A stretch of 64,000 nt of DNA from Dehalococcoidia bacterium (GCA_963666115.2 CAXXET010000004.1:320001-384000), one strand, 5' to 3'; shown: positions 7,211 to 17,749, counted from the stretch's first letter. Numbers and translations are program-made. Notes: generated by a model from the letters alone, not told the origin.

Positions 7211-9844
7211 TCAGTCGCCGCTCGCGCCGTTCCTGCCCTGCTCTGCCAGCTTCTTTAGGTCGTAGAGCTTGGCGAGGGCTTCCATGGGCGTCATCTGATC
7301 AGGGGCCAGGCCGAGGATTTCCTTTTCGACTTGCGTGGCGTCAACCGCCGTCTGCGCGGGGCCGGAATGCAGGCTGAACAGGGCGGGCTGGGCGCCCGTT
7401 CCGGCGGATTGTGAGCCGCCTGCGCCATTCTCAAGCTGGCCGAGAACTTCCTGGGCACGGGCGACAACATCACGGGGCAGGCCGGCAAGCTGCGCGACGT
7501 GGACGCCGTAGGAGCGGTCCGCGCCGCCCGGAACGACCTGCCGCAGGAAAACGACCTTGCCCTCCTCTTCGGAAACGAGGACGTGAAGGTTGAAGGCGCG
7601 GGGGAGGGTCTCGCCGAGTTCGACAAGCTCATGGTAGTGGGTGGCGAACGCGGTGCGGGCGTTGAGGCGGGGGTGATTGTGAATATGCTCCACGACGGCC
7701 CACGCGATGGACAGGCCGTCATAGGTGCTTGTTCCCCTCCCTGTTTCGTCGAGGATGATGAGGGACCGGTCAGTGGCCTGGTGGAGGATGGCAGCGGTTT
7801 CAATCATCTCGACCATGAAGGTTGAGCGCCCGGTTGAGATGTCATCGTGGAGGCCGGCGCGTGTGAAGATGCGGTCTACGAGACCGACGCGGGCAGCAGC
7901 CGCAGGGACAAAGGAGCCGATCTGCGCCATGAGGGCGATGAGGGCAATCTGGCGGAGATAGGTGGACTTACCGGCCATGTTGGGGCCGGTGATAATCGCA
8001 ATGGGTCGGTTTTCCATGAGAGAGATGTCGTTCGGGACGAACGGCTCGTCAAGGACTTCCTCCACGACGGGATGGCGGGCTGAGGTTGCCTCCAATACGC
8101 GGGATTCGTCGATCTCGGGGCGGGTCAGGCGGAGCCGGACGGCGTTCTCGGCGAAAGCCGCAAGGACATCAAGGCGGGCGACGGCGCGGGCGGTGGCGAG
8201 GATGGACTCGCCCTGCTCCACAATCTGTTGGCAGACCTGTCGGAAGATGGCGGATTCAAGCTCCTCTGCGCGCTGCTGCGCTTCGGAAATCTGAACTTCA
8301 AGCTCCTTGAGCCGGGGGGTGAAAAAGCGCTCGCCTCCCGCAATCGTCTGCTTGCGGATGTAATGCTCCGGCACGCGGGGGAGGTGGGGACGCGTGACCT
8401 CGATGTAGTACCCAAAGACGCGGGTGTAGCCAACTTTGAGCGTCGGGATCGCGGTGGCGTCGCGCTCTTCGGTTTCGAGCGCGGCGACGGCGACACGGGC
8501 ATCCGAGGAGACCGCACGCAAGTCTTCAAGCTCCTGCGAGAATCCCTTGCGCACGACGCCGCCTGCGGAAAGAGTTGCGCCAGGCTCATCGGCGACGGCC
8601 TCATTCAACAGCTTGCGGATTTCATCATGCGTTTCGACGTCGTTGAGAGTCCATGCCAGCGGGCTGACGGTTTCATCGTCTCTCGCAATTTCGGGCAGCG
8701 GGGCGGCGTTCAATACGGCGTGGACGCCTGCGACGGCTTCAAGGCCGCGGCGAACGGCAACAACATCGCGGGGCGCGGCGGAGCCGGAGCGGATGAAGTT
8801 GATGAGCCGCTCAAGATCCGGGAGCCCGTGCATGGCAGCGCGCAGACGTGAGCGGAGCATGGGGTCCTGCGCCAGCGCCTCAACGTTGTCATGCCGTTCG
8901 ACTATGGCCTCGCGGTTGAGGAGAGGGCGTCCGAGCCACTGGCGGAGCAGGCGGCGTCCCATGGGGGTCTGCGTTGTATCGAGGAGGCCGAGCAACCCGC
9001 CTTCGCGCGCGCCGGAACTGCCCTCAAAGAGTTCAAGGGTGCGTATCGTTTGGGGATCGAGAATCATCATTTCCGCCGTTTGGCGGGTGGAGAGGGTTTG
9101 AACCTGCGTGAGAGCGCCGCGCTGCGTTTCCTGTAGATAGGCGAGCACGGCTCCCGCCGCCGAGATTGCCAGCGGCATGTTCTCGCAGCCATACGGTTCA
9201 AGGGAGTACACACCAAAGTGCGCCACGAGGCGTTGACGGGCGTCGCGTTCATCAAATGTGGATGCATCGGCTGAGACGAGCGCGGCATCGTCAAGAACCG
9301 GCGGCGCATCGAGGCTTTCCGGGACGAGCAGCTCTACCGGAGCGAGCGCGCCAAGTTCCGTTTGCAGATCATCCACGGAGAGTTCGAGCGTAACGAATTC
9401 GGATGTGGAGATATCCGCGTAGGCCAGCCCGGCGCGCTGGCCGTCAACAGTGACGGCCGCGAGGAAATTATTGGCGCTCTCAGGCAGCAAATCGTGTTGG
9501 AGGACGGTGCCGGGCGTGACGACGCGGATAATCTCGCGGTCGAGGATACCCTTTGCCGTCTTGGGGTCGCCGAACTGCTCGCAGACGGCAACCCTGTGCC
9601 CTTTCTCCAGCAGGCGGGCTAACGAGGCATCGAGGGAATGGGTGGGAACGCCGGCAAGAGGAACACGATGGCCGCGTCCAAGCTCCTTGGAGGTGAGGGC
9701 GATGCCCAGGTCACGCGACACGATTTCGGCGTCTTCCCCGAACGTCTCGTAGAAGTCGCCGAGCCGAAAGAGCAGGATTCCGTCCGGGAACTCGGCCTTG
9801 ATCCGCTCGTATTGCCGCTTAAGGGGAGAACCCCGTGTGGTCAT
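7211..9844 (-). CDS. mutS: DNA mismatch repair protein MutS
   Basis: LFRLGDFYETF, ITGPNMAGKSTYLRQ, STFMVEM and FATHYHEL motifs; real start is MTTRGSPL at 9844 with TATACT 6 nt upstream (the ORF-track extension is spurious). Confidence 0.97.
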   Translation of the reverse strand: MTTRGSPLKRQYERIKAEFPDGILLFRLGDFYETFGEDAEIVSRDLGIALTSKELGRGHRVPLAGVPTHSLDASLARLLEKGHRVAVCEQFGDPKTAKGILDREIIRVVTPGTVLQHDLLPESANNFLAAVTVDGQRAGLAYADISTSEFVTLELSVDDLQTELGALAPVELLVPESLDAPPVLDDAALVSADASTFDERDARQRLVAHFGVYSLEPYGCENMPLAISAAGAVLAYLQETQRGALTQVQTLSTRQTAEMMILDPQTIRTLELFEGSSGAREGGLLGLLDTTQTPMGRRLLRQWLGRPLLNREAIVERHDNVEALAQDPMLRSRLRAAMHGLPDLERLINFIRSGSAAPRDVVAVRRGLEAVAGVHAVLNAAPLPEIARDDETVSPLAWTLNDVETHDEIRKLLNEAVADEPGATLSAGGVVRKGFSQELEDLRAVSSDARVAVAALETEERDATAIPTLKVGYTRVFGYYIEVTRPHLPRVPEHYIRKQTIAGGERFFTPRLKELEVQISEAQQRAEELESAIFRQVCQQIVEQGESILATARAVARLDVLAAFAENAVRLRLTRPEIDESRVLEATSARHPVVEEVLDEPFVPNDISLMENRPIAIITGPNMAGKSTYLRQIALIALMAQIGSFVPAAAARVGLVDRIFTRAGLHDDISTGRSTFMVEMIETAAILHQATDRSLIILDETGRGTSTYDGLSIAWAVVEHIHNHPRLNARTAFATHYHELVELGETLPRAFNLHVLVSEEEGKVVFLRQVVPGGADRSYGVHVAQLAGLPRDVVARAQEVLGQLENGAGGSQSAGTGAQPALFSLHSGPAQTAVDATQVEKEILGLAPDQMTPMEALAKLYDLKKLAEQGRNGASGD

Positions 9845-9892
9845 GGAGCGAGTATAGCGGGGAGGGCGCGCGGGGCGGTAGGATTCGAGGAT

Positions 9893-11191
9893 ATGAGGGA
9901 ACGTGGATCGACTGTTGAGGCTGGGCAGGGCGCGGCGGCGGGGCGGCGCCTCTATACACGTTCTTTCGTCCTGCTGTTCCTGATGGAGTTCACGATCTTC
10001 GTGACCTTCTACATGCTGCTGCCGACGGTGCCGCTGTACATCAAGGAGTTGGGCGGCACAAATTCGACCGTTGGGCTGGTCATCGGCATCGCCGGGCCCG
10101 TCGCGGCGTTCGGCGTCCCCCTGTACGGGCTGGGCGTGGACAGGTGGAGCCGCAAGGGAATGGCGGTTCTCGGATTGATGATCAACGTTGCCGGCGCGCT
10201 GGTGATGATCATCGTCGTGTCGCCGCTGATGATGCTGATACCGACGATTCTGCGGCGCGTGGGGTCCGGCGCAACGGGGGCGGCGACGCGGACGCTGATC
10301 CTGGACATTGCGCCGCCGAGCAGGCGCGGCGAGGCGATGACGAACTTTGCCACGTCGCACAACATCGCCATCGCGTTTGGGCCCGCCGTTGGGCTGTGGA
10401 TCTATCACGGTTTCGGATCGACGGAACTGTTCCTTGCGTGCGCTGCGGTGATGGCGGGGGCGGCGTTGTTTTTGTGGCCTGTGGGCGGACGCCCTCACCC
10501 TAGCCCTCTCCCGGGGGGAGAGGGGGCAGCGGCTGGCGACGCCAAACGTGTCCCAGAGGGAGAAGAGAGCGGAGAGCCGCGACGGGAGACGTGGGTGGAC
10601 AAGTTGATTGTGCCGGAGGCGCTTGTGCCGGGGATCACGGTGCTGCTGTTGTCCGCAGCGTACCTGGCAACGACGACATTCGTGTCCATCCTGGGAGAGA
10701 CGCGGGATGTGCCGAATTACGAGTGGTTCTTCGTGCTGTACGCGGTCGTGGTTATTTCCGGGCGCCTGCTGACAGGCCGCGTCTCCGATACGTATGGCCG
10801 GGCAATTATCCTGCTACCGTCGCTGGCGCTGACGGTGGGGTGCATGGTGACGCTGGCGTTTACGTATTCGACCGCCGGGTTCCTCGCGGCGGCGTTCATG
10901 CTGGGGCTGGGGTTTGGAACAGGACAGCCAATGCTGCAAGCCCTCGCGGCCGACTGGACACCGCCGGAGAAGTACGGGCGCGCGATGTCCATGATGATGG
11001 GCGGTTTCTCGTTCGGCTCGGCTGCGGGAACGGTATTCGTTGGCGAGGTGAGCGAACGACTGGACTTCACGGCGGCGTTCCTGGGGCTGGCAGTGTCGGC
11101 CGGCATTGCGCTGCTCATCGCGTGGTGGGGATTCCGGCGGCGCCGGATCCCGGTGTTTGGGGCGGCGGCGCGGCGGGGTACAATCGGATAG
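9893..11191 (+). CDS. MFS transporter
   Basis: about 12 hydrophobic segments; GVDRWSRK and GRVSDTYGR motif-A loops. Confidence 0.9.
   Translation: MRERGSTVEAGQGAAAGRRLYTRSFVLLFLMEFTIFVTFYMLLPTVPLYIKELGGTNSTVGLVIGIAGPVAAFGVPLYGLGVDRWSRKGMAVLGLMINVAGALVMIIVVSPLMMLIPTILRRVGSGATGAATRTLILDIAPPSRRGEAMTNFATSHNIAIAFGPAVGLWIYHGFGSTELFLACAAVMAGAALFLWPVGGRPHPSPLPGGEGAAAGDAKRVPEGEESGEPRRETWVDKLIVPEALVPGITVLLLSAAYLATTTFVSILGETRDVPNYEWFFVLYAVVVISGRLLTGRVSDTYGRAIILLPSLALTVGCMVTLAFTYSTAGFLAAAFMLGLGFGTGQPMLQALAADWTPPEKYGRAMSMMMGGFSFGSAAGTVFVGEVSERLDFTAAFLGLAVSAGIALLIAWWGFRRRRIPVFGAAARRGTIG
10492..10526 (+). repeat. family C repeat CCCTCACCCTAGCCCTCTCCC..GGGAGAGGG, in frame in the MFS central loop (PHPSPLPGGEG)
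   Basis: related copies at 21977-22011 and 34178-34214. Confidence 0.85.
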
Positions 11192-11242
11192 GACTGACCC
11201 GCAGCGGCAGATGATTCAGGCAACGGTGGAGGACATTGGACA

Positions 11243-12316
11243 ATGACCGTGGATTTCGTAAGCAACGAAGAAACGATCCAGGCAGCGCGCAAGAACCTGG
11301 ACCAGGCGGGGTGGGACTACCTGGTGGGGGGATCGGAATCGGAGACGACGATGCGGCGCAACCGCGCGGCGTTCGACCGCGTGGCATTCCGTCCGCGCGT
11401 GCTGCGCGACGTATCGCAGATGGACCCGTCCACCGAGTTCCTGGGCCATAAGATGCGAATACCGGTGATGCTGGCGCCGGTTGGGGGCATGCAGCGGCTA
11501 AGCCCTGACGGGGCGGGCGCCTCCGCAAAGGCGGCGGAGGCATTCGGCACGATACAGACGGTCAGTTCCGTGTCCGAGCCGGGGCTTGAGGGCACGATGG
11601 AGGCGGCGAACGGCCCCAAGCTGTTCCAGATGTATATCCAGGGCGACTGGGAGTGGATCGAGGGCATGGCGCCGCGCATCAAGGCAGCGGGCTATCACGC
11701 CTTCGTGCTGACCGTGGACAACGCGCGGTACAGCCGGCGCGAGCGGCCCATCGTCGGGCGTTCAGTGCCGGCGAATCTGAACGTGCAGCGCGTCTCGCCC
11801 GGCTCATCGGTGACGTGGGAGCTGGCTGAGCGCATCCGCGACCTGATGGGCCTGCCATTCGCGGTCAAGGGCATCCAGACGGCGGAGGACGCGGAGATGG
11901 CCGTCGAGCGCGGCTTTGACATCATCTGGGTGTCCAACCACGGCGGACGCCAGATCGACCATGCGCTGGGCAGCCTGGACACGCTGCCGGAAATCGCGAA
12001 GGCCGTTGACGGACGCGCCAAGATCGTGCTGGACGGCGGCATCGTACGCGGCAGCGACGTGGTCAAGTCGCTCGCGCTGGGCGCGGACTGCGTGGCGGTC
12101 GGCAAGCTGCAGGGCTGGGGCCTTGCGGCGGGCGGCGTGGACGGCATCGTGCGCTCGCTGGAAATCATGGAGGATGAGATGCTGAGCGCGATGGCGCTCA
12201 TCGGCGTGTCCAAGGTTGGTCAGATCGACGGGTCCTACGTAACGGAGGGATATCCGGTGACGCCGCCGCACGAGATGAGCGCGTGGGTGAATATGCCGGA
12301 CAGCCGGATTTCCTAG
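11243..12316 (+). CDS. FMN-dependent alpha-hydroxy-acid oxidase/dehydrogenase
   Basis: AFRPRVLRDVS, VKGI, VSNHGGRQ and LDGGIVRGSDVVK motifs. Confidence 0.92.
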   Translation: MTVDFVSNEETIQAARKNLDQAGWDYLVGGSESETTMRRNRAAFDRVAFRPRVLRDVSQMDPSTEFLGHKMRIPVMLAPVGGMQRLSPDGAGASAKAAEAFGTIQTVSSVSEPGLEGTMEAANGPKLFQMYIQGDWEWIEGMAPRIKAAGYHAFVLTVDNARYSRRERPIVGRSVPANLNVQRVSPGSSVTWELAERIRDLMGLPFAVKGIQTAEDAEMAVERGFDIIWVSNHGGRQIDHALGSLDTLPEIAKAVDGRAKIVLDGGIVRGSDVVKSLALGADCVAVGKLQGWGLAAGGVDGIVRSLEIMEDEMLSAMALIGVSKVGQIDGSYVTEGYPVTPPHEMSAWVNMPDSRIS

Positions 12317-12325
12317 GGGCGAGTA

Positions 12326-12349
12326 GATTCCCGCTTTCGCGGGAATGAC
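12326..12349 (+). repeat. family B repeat between convergent genes
   Basis: exact 24-mer. Confidence 0.9.
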
Positions 12350-12359
12350 GGAGGGGATT

Positions 12360-12950
12360 CTACCAATCGCCGAGGGTGGATTTGTAGCAGCGGTCCTGGT
12401 GGTCGTTGACCATGCCGGTGGCCTGCATGTGGGCGTAGCAGACTGTTGAGCCGACGAACTTGAAGCCGCGGGACTTGAGGTCTTTTGCCATGGCATCCGA
12501 CTCCGGCGAGGTGGCGGGAACGTCCTCCCAACCCTGAATCGGGTTAGGGCTGCGCAGGGTCTTGTAGTTGGTGAACTGCCAGATGTAGCGGTCGAACGAG
12601 CCGAACTCTTCCTGCACTTCAATGAACCGCTGGGCGTTCGTGATTGCGCCGAGAATCTTTAGGCGGTTGCGGACGATGCCCTTGTCTTCGAGCAGGCGCG
12701 CAACATCTTCGTCGTTAAATTGAGCGACCTTGTGAGCATCGAAGCCGGCGAACGCCTTACGAAAAGCCTCGCGCTTATTCAGGATGAGCCGCCACGAGAG
12801 GCCGGCCTGGAATCCCTCGAGAATCAGGAATTCAAAGAGCTTGTCGTCGTCGTGGAGCGGCGTTCCCCATTCCTCGTCATGGTAGGCGATCATGTCAGGG
12901 CTGACGTCAACATCGGGCCAGCAGCGGGCGGGTGGAGGGGAGTCTGTCAT
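12360..12950 (-). CDS. tag: DNA-3-methyladenine glycosylase I
   Basis: YHDEEWG, LEGFQAGLSW, IVRNRLKI, GFKFVG and MVNDH motifs. Confidence 0.95.
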   Translation of the reverse strand: MTDSPPPARCWPDVDVSPDMIAYHDEEWGTPLHDDDKLFEFLILEGFQAGLSWRLILNKREAFRKAFAGFDAHKVAQFNDEDVARLLEDKGIVRNRLKILGAITNAQRFIEVQEEFGSFDRYIWQFTNYKTLRSPNPIQGWEDVPATSPESDAMAKDLKSRGFKFVGSTVCYAHMQATGMVNDHQDRCYKSTLGDW

Positions 12951-13174
12951 GGGGTCAGAATCCTGATGGTGACGTTGTAGCGAGGCATGGAGCAGGCATG
13001 GGGGAGGGACTCAAAGGAGACAACTTCGGCGGCGCGCCACGTTTGGTTGGGGTCTTCGGCAGTGATGACGATGCCAGGAGCAGGTTCAAGGGGTTCTTCA
13101 TCGCGGATGTGTATTCCGAGAGGCCGATTGTCGTCATGGGCGCGGAGATACCAGGTTGCGGCGCTTGCGACCAT
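12947..13174 (-). CDS. hypothetical protein (about 75 aa)
   Basis: stop codon overlaps the tag start (ATGA); starts 5 nt after the preceding stop. Confidence 0.5.
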   Translation of the reverse strand: MVASAATWYLRAHDDNRPLGIHIRDEEPLEPAPGIVITAEDPNQTWRAAEVVSFESLPHACSMPRYNVTIRILTP

Positions 13175-13179
13175 GCCGG

Positions 13180-15449
13180 CTAAACTGCGGCCAAGCGAAT
13201 GCGGCCAGGCGAAAGCGGCCACGTCTTGCCGGTGAGTTCGGAATCGAGCAGATCATACGAGAGACCGGCATAGTTGGGGACTGTGGCTGCGATGTCCGCG
13301 AAGATGTCAGGCGCGTCCTGGTAGGCAAGATCGGCCGATCCGAGTTGGCGCGCGATCTCAGTTGGGGCGCACCAGACGGGGTGGGCATCGCCAGGCGCGT
13401 CCTTGATGGCACGGACGCGCTGGACGCGGCGCTCTGCGTTCGTGTACGTGCCCTCACGCTCGACGGCAGCGGCGGCGGGAATGAGGACGTTGGCCAGCGC
13501 GGCAAGCTCATCATCAATCACAAGGCCCTGCACCACCAGGAACTCCAAGCGACCGAGGGCGGCGAGCAGGCGCGCACGTGAAGAGTCGCCGATGTCGGCG
13601 GGAATGCTTCCGGTCCAATACAGCGCGGTCACAGCGCCGGATTCGATGGCGTCAATGATTTCGTCAAGCGCAATGGCATCCGCGCCAAGCACGTCACTGA
13701 CTCCCTGCACGTTGCCGCCGCCGGGGCGCAGCACGTGGAGGCCGCCGCCCTGCGGGTTGGCGATGTTGCCCGTCACTGCGGCGATAGAGGCAATGAGCGC
13801 AGCCAGGCCGGATGGGTCATCCGCGCCCACGCCGTATATCAGGGCGGCGGGCGACGACGTAGCAATGACGCGGGCGGCCCAGCGGAGATCATCGGCGGAG
13901 ACGCCTGCCTGAGCCGCCGCGTCTTCAACCGTCGTACCCGCGAGACTCTCAGACAGATCGGAAAGGCCGTCTATGGACTGTTCGACAAATTCATCATGGA
14001 TGAGGCCGGCATCGAGCAGGGCGCGAAGGATGCCGCGCAAGACCGCCGGCTCAGTCCCCTCCGCGCAGGCGAGCCACCGCTCGGAGGCGCGGCCAAGCTC
14101 CGGGTAGGCGGCGGGGCCGATACCGATGAGCGTGGTGTCGTTGTAGTTGACGGCCTTGTGAACCTGGTAGGCGGCGACGGGATGGGTGAGTTCGATATCC
14201 GAACCGACCACGAGGACGGCGCGGGACTTTGCGATGTCCCGGATGGGGTTGGCGTTGGCGGCGCTGCCGAACATGGCGGCGAGTTCCCTGCCCGACTGAA
14301 CCGGCGCCGACGCCGCCAGGGCAACATGCTCAGTTTGCAAGGATTCACGGGCGAAACGATTCAATGTCCAGGCGTCCTCATTAGCGACACGGGGAGAAAT
14401 CACGACGGCAGCGGAATCACCGGCACGGTCGCGGAGTCCCTCAGCGGCGGCTGTGATCGCGTCGTCCCAGGACGCCTCAGCCGGAGCGCCGTTGGCGTCA
14501 CGAATCATGGCGCTGATCAGGCGGGCCTCATTAGCGGCCTCGTCGGCGAGTTCGAATTTGCCATGGATGCACGCCAAGCCGCCGTTCGCGCCTCCCTCGA
14601 TATCAGGCGTGACACGCAGCAGACGGCCGTCCTTGAGTTCCGCCGTCACCTGGCAGCCGATCTCACACTCCGTGCAGACGGTTGTGACGCCGGTGTCCGG
14701 CAGGCCGGCCCACTTGTTGTCCTTCTCCGTGAGCGCGCCGACGGGGCAGACGTCCACACACGCGCCGCAGAAGGTGCAGCCGGTCAGCGGATCGGACAGG
14801 GGCACGTCGTTTGGCGTGCCCAGGGAGGATGCGGTCTCCGCGGTCGACCATCGAGATGGCCTCCGCGCCAATGACCTCATCACACACGCGCACACAGCGC
14901 GCGCATGAAATGCAGAGGTTGTAGTCGCGATCGATGTGCGGGTCTTCTGTGCGGATCGGCAGTTCGCGGTAGGTGTACGGCAGGAGCTGTTCCGTGACGC
15001 CGACGATTTCGACCGTCGCCTGCAGCTCGCAACGCTGGTTCTGCGGGCAAACGACACAGCGGTCGGTCACGGAGACGTTGCGCAGGCAAATATCATTTCG
15101 GGCCGCAGTGGACGATGCGGTCGCACGTCAGGCATCCGTGCGGATGCTCGGACATGAGGAGGTTAAGGACGGACTGGCGCAGTTCGACGGTCTCGTCGGA
15201 GTTGGTGCGGTAGGCAGCGTCCGGGGCGGCGGGGGCGACGCAGGCCGCGGCAAAGCCGGGGCGTCCCTCCTGCTCAACCATGCACATGCGACAGGCGCCG
15301 TAGGCCTTGAGCCGCTCATCGTAGCAGAGGGTGGGGATGTAGATACCGGCCTCGGCGGCCGCCTCAAGGATGGTAGACCCTGCCGGGGCAGTGACCTGCC
15401 GCCCGTCAATCGTGATGGTGATTGTGTCGGCGGGGGCTGCCTGCGTCAC
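13180..15449 (-). pseudogene. NuoG/FdhA-like Fe-S and molybdopterin-oxidoreductase-fold subunit split by two +1 frameshifts
   Basis: 2Fe-2S (PTLC..GACRMC), H/C cluster (HPHGCLTC..CELQ), 2x4Fe-4S (CISCARCVRVC; CTFCGACVDVCP), CTECEIGC and EGTYTNAERRVQ, spread over three frames; extra A at 15096-15098 and extra G at 14819-14821. Confidence 0.85.
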
Positions 15450-15527
15450 GTTTGACACCTCCGAAGCGCTTGTGTTCCTGTGTTCAGATTATCCCACGAG
15501 CGCGGCGCACTCAATACGGGGAGGCTG

Positions 15528-15547
15528 GATTCCCGCTTTCGCGGGAA
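15528..15547 (+). repeat. family B repeat
   Basis: GATTCCCGCTTTCGCGGGAA. Confidence 0.85.
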
Positions 15548-15559
15548 AGCGGATTCCAG

Positions 15560-16918
15560 TTAGCGGGCGGCGTAGACGTTTGAGTCCCCGCGCTCCTCCT
15601 CCACCATCTCATCGGGGGAACGCGGAGGCAGGGGCGGTTTGCGGGCGGCGGCGAAGAGGAACGCGCCGGCGGTTGTGACGAATGCCATGAGGATGAACGC
15701 GCCCGAGTAGGAATCGAATACATCCTTGAATCCGGCGGCCACGACGGGGCCCAACATCGTCCCGCCTTGCACCACGAGCGACGAGAATCCCATGATTGTG
15801 GCGAAGGCGCCGCGGCCAAAGTACTCTGCGCGGATTGCCGTCATCAGCGGCCCGCGGAATCCCCATGACAGCGCCTGCACCACCGCAAAGGCCAGCAGCA
15901 GGGGGATGGCATTTTCCGGGTTTCCCACGGGCAGGACAAGGAGGATAAGGGCGAGCGTGTGGCCGAACATGCAGGCGACGATGATCAGCCGCATTTCGAT
16001 TCGCTCCGCGAGGAAACCCGTTGCGAGCTGCGCGCCGATCATGATGGTCGTCAGGAAGGCGTAAATCCACGCGCCGGTCTCTTTTGAGAGTCCGAGGTCG
16101 TCCTCGAGATACGGGATGAATTGTGCGTTGATGGCGGAAACGGCAAACATCGCGCTGGCATGGCCGAATGAAACGAACCAGAACGACGGATTCTTGAGCG
16201 CTTCCCGCGCGGTGAAGCCTCGCGCCACCAGGCTGAGAATCGGTCGCGCGGTCGCAGGGACGTTGTCGCCCTCGCGGCCTCCGTCCGGTTTTTCGCCGTC
16301 CGGCAGGTAGCCGTACGGCTCAGGAGAATGCCTGAAGAGGAAGGTCAGAGGCAAGCCGAGACAAAGGACGATCACGCCGGACCACATGGCGAGACCGCGC
16401 CAGCCCAAGGCGTCCATCCCGAAAACGACAGCGGGAACAGCCCAGCCGGATACGCCCCACCCGACGGCTGCCAGCCCCATCGCGCGGGATCGCTTCTTGT
16501 CGAACCAGTTGGCAATCGCGGCGTTGATGGTGATGAACCCGCCAAGGCTCGATCCAATCGAGATGATCAGGTAGGCGCCGTAGTACTGCCAAAGCTCCTC
16601 GATATTAGCGAACAGGAAGAAGCCACCCGCGTACAGCAGGACACCGACCTGGAGAACGCGGCGAGTGCCGAACCGGTCAACAAGCCAGCCCTGAAACGGG
16701 CCGAGAACTCCGCTTTCCGCTCGCGCAAGGGTGAACGCCAGGGCGATCTGCGCCCTGGTCCAGCCGAAGTCGCGCTGGAGGTGGTTGAAATAGACCTGGA
16801 AGGCCTGGAAGAAGAGTCCGCCGTTGAGCACCTGGATGAGGAACGCGCCCAATACAATCCACCAGCCGAAGAACACCTGGCCGGGATTGAATCGAAAGCC
16901 GCTTCTTAGTCGGAACAC
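15560..16918 (-). CDS. MFS transporter (OFA/MCT-like)
   Basis: FFGWWIV N-terminus, GWLVDRFGTR, NWFDKKRSRAMG and AEYFGR motifs. Confidence 0.9.
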   Translation of the reverse strand: MFRLRSGFRFNPGQVFFGWWIVLGAFLIQVLNGGLFFQAFQVYFNHLQRDFGWTRAQIALAFTLARAESGVLGPFQGWLVDRFGTRRVLQVGVLLYAGGFFLFANIEELWQYYGAYLIISIGSSLGGFITINAAIANWFDKKRSRAMGLAAVGWGVSGWAVPAVVFGMDALGWRGLAMWSGVIVLCLGLPLTFLFRHSPEPYGYLPDGEKPDGGREGDNVPATARPILSLVARGFTAREALKNPSFWFVSFGHASAMFAVSAINAQFIPYLEDDLGLSKETGAWIYAFLTTIMIGAQLATGFLAERIEMRLIIVACMFGHTLALILLVLPVGNPENAIPLLLAFAVVQALSWGFRGPLMTAIRAEYFGRGAFATIMGFSSLVVQGGTMLGPVVAAGFKDVFDSYSGAFILMAFVTTAGAFLFAAARKPPLPPRSPDEMVEEERGDSNVYAAR

Positions 16919-16987
16919 CTACCTGCAAGCCATGGGGATGATGGGCGCGTCTGGGGCGTTAAGGAATCGTAACACAGACGGGGGGCG

Positions 16988-17014
16988 CCCTTCGACTGGG
17001 CTCAGGGTGAGCGG
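16988..17014 (+). repeat. family D hairpin repeat CCCTTCGAC..GCTCAGGGTGA
   Basis: second copy at 41588-41613; partial copy at 19331-19343. Confidence 0.75.
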
Positions 17015-17051
17015 CGTATGTCGTATGCTATACTAGACATACGACATACGC
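17014..17051. promoter_or_regulatory. perfect 14-bp inverted repeat enclosing a TATACT -10 box (likely autoregulatory operator)
   Basis: GCGTATGTCGTATG-ctatactaga-CATACGACATACGC, 27 nt upstream of an RHH-type gene. Confidence 0.75.
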
Positions 17052-17078
17052 AGTGCAGCGCGGTTTCAGGAGGGTGCG

Positions 17079-17693
17079 ATGCGCATCGGAATCAATATCT
17101 CAAACGGACTCCACCAGCGGCTAAAAGCGATCGGGGAGCCGGTCAACGTGTCGCTAGTCTGCCGCGACGCGATTGAGGCGGTGGTGGTGGAGCACGAAGA
17201 GTTGGCCGCGCGGGTCGACGGAGACGGACTACGGGCCGTCGTCGACGGATTCGCGGACGATGGCGAGCAATGGTCTGACATCGACTGGCGGGAGTATGGC
17301 TGGACAGACGCGGGGGACTGGTTCAAGACAGTAACGCGCGAACAGTACGCCAGATTCGTCCGCTACAGGGAGGCCTTCTTGAAAAGGCCGAGACTTTCCC
17401 AGGAAATTCTCTGGCTGGTGCAGTCGGCAGATCCAACTCAAGGCGGGGTTGGTTTCCAAAAACGTCTCGAAGAGCACAGGGATCTGTACGAGAAAGAGCT
17501 TGATCGCCTGGAGGATTGGAGCATCGACGGATTCCCTTACGGCGATGCCAAGCGTGAATACGAGACCGCGTGGCTGACGTATTTCAACGTGATCCACAAA
17601 CTCATTGAGGACACGCGGAAACAGCGGGCCGAGGAGTCGCGCCGTAACCGCGCGCAATTCCCTGAACCCGAATTGCCTGAGCATCTGGTATAA
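17079..17693 (+). CDS. hypothetical protein with an N-terminal ribbon-helix-helix (CcdA-like) DNA-binding domain
   Basis: MRIGINISNGLHQRLK...VNVSLVCRDAIE pattern; AGGAGG RBS. Confidence 0.65.
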   Translation: MRIGINISNGLHQRLKAIGEPVNVSLVCRDAIEAVVVEHEELAARVDGDGLRAVVDGFADDGEQWSDIDWREYGWTDAGDWFKTVTREQYARFVRYREAFLKRPRLSQEILWLVQSADPTQGGVGFQKRLEEHRDLYEKELDRLEDWSIDGFPYGDAKREYETAWLTYFNVIHKLIEDTRKQRAEESRRNRAQFPEPELPEHLV

Positions 17694-17749
17694 CAGTATT
17701 CCGCGAAACTACGGCGGCCGAGTCAGTACGTCGGGAAAGGAGGACCCAC

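Noticed and set aside
9845-10498. N-terminal extension of MutS in the ORF track
   Set aside because: It overlaps the MFS gene on the other strand; the -10 box and homology support the start at 9844.
13186-13222. Three short tandem GCGGCCA-containing units
   Set aside because: Too short and degenerate, and inside coding sequence; no support for a function.
15093-15095. TGA in the NuoG/FdhA-like gene as selenocysteine
   Set aside because: Homology continues in a different frame, so this is a frameshift and not read-through.
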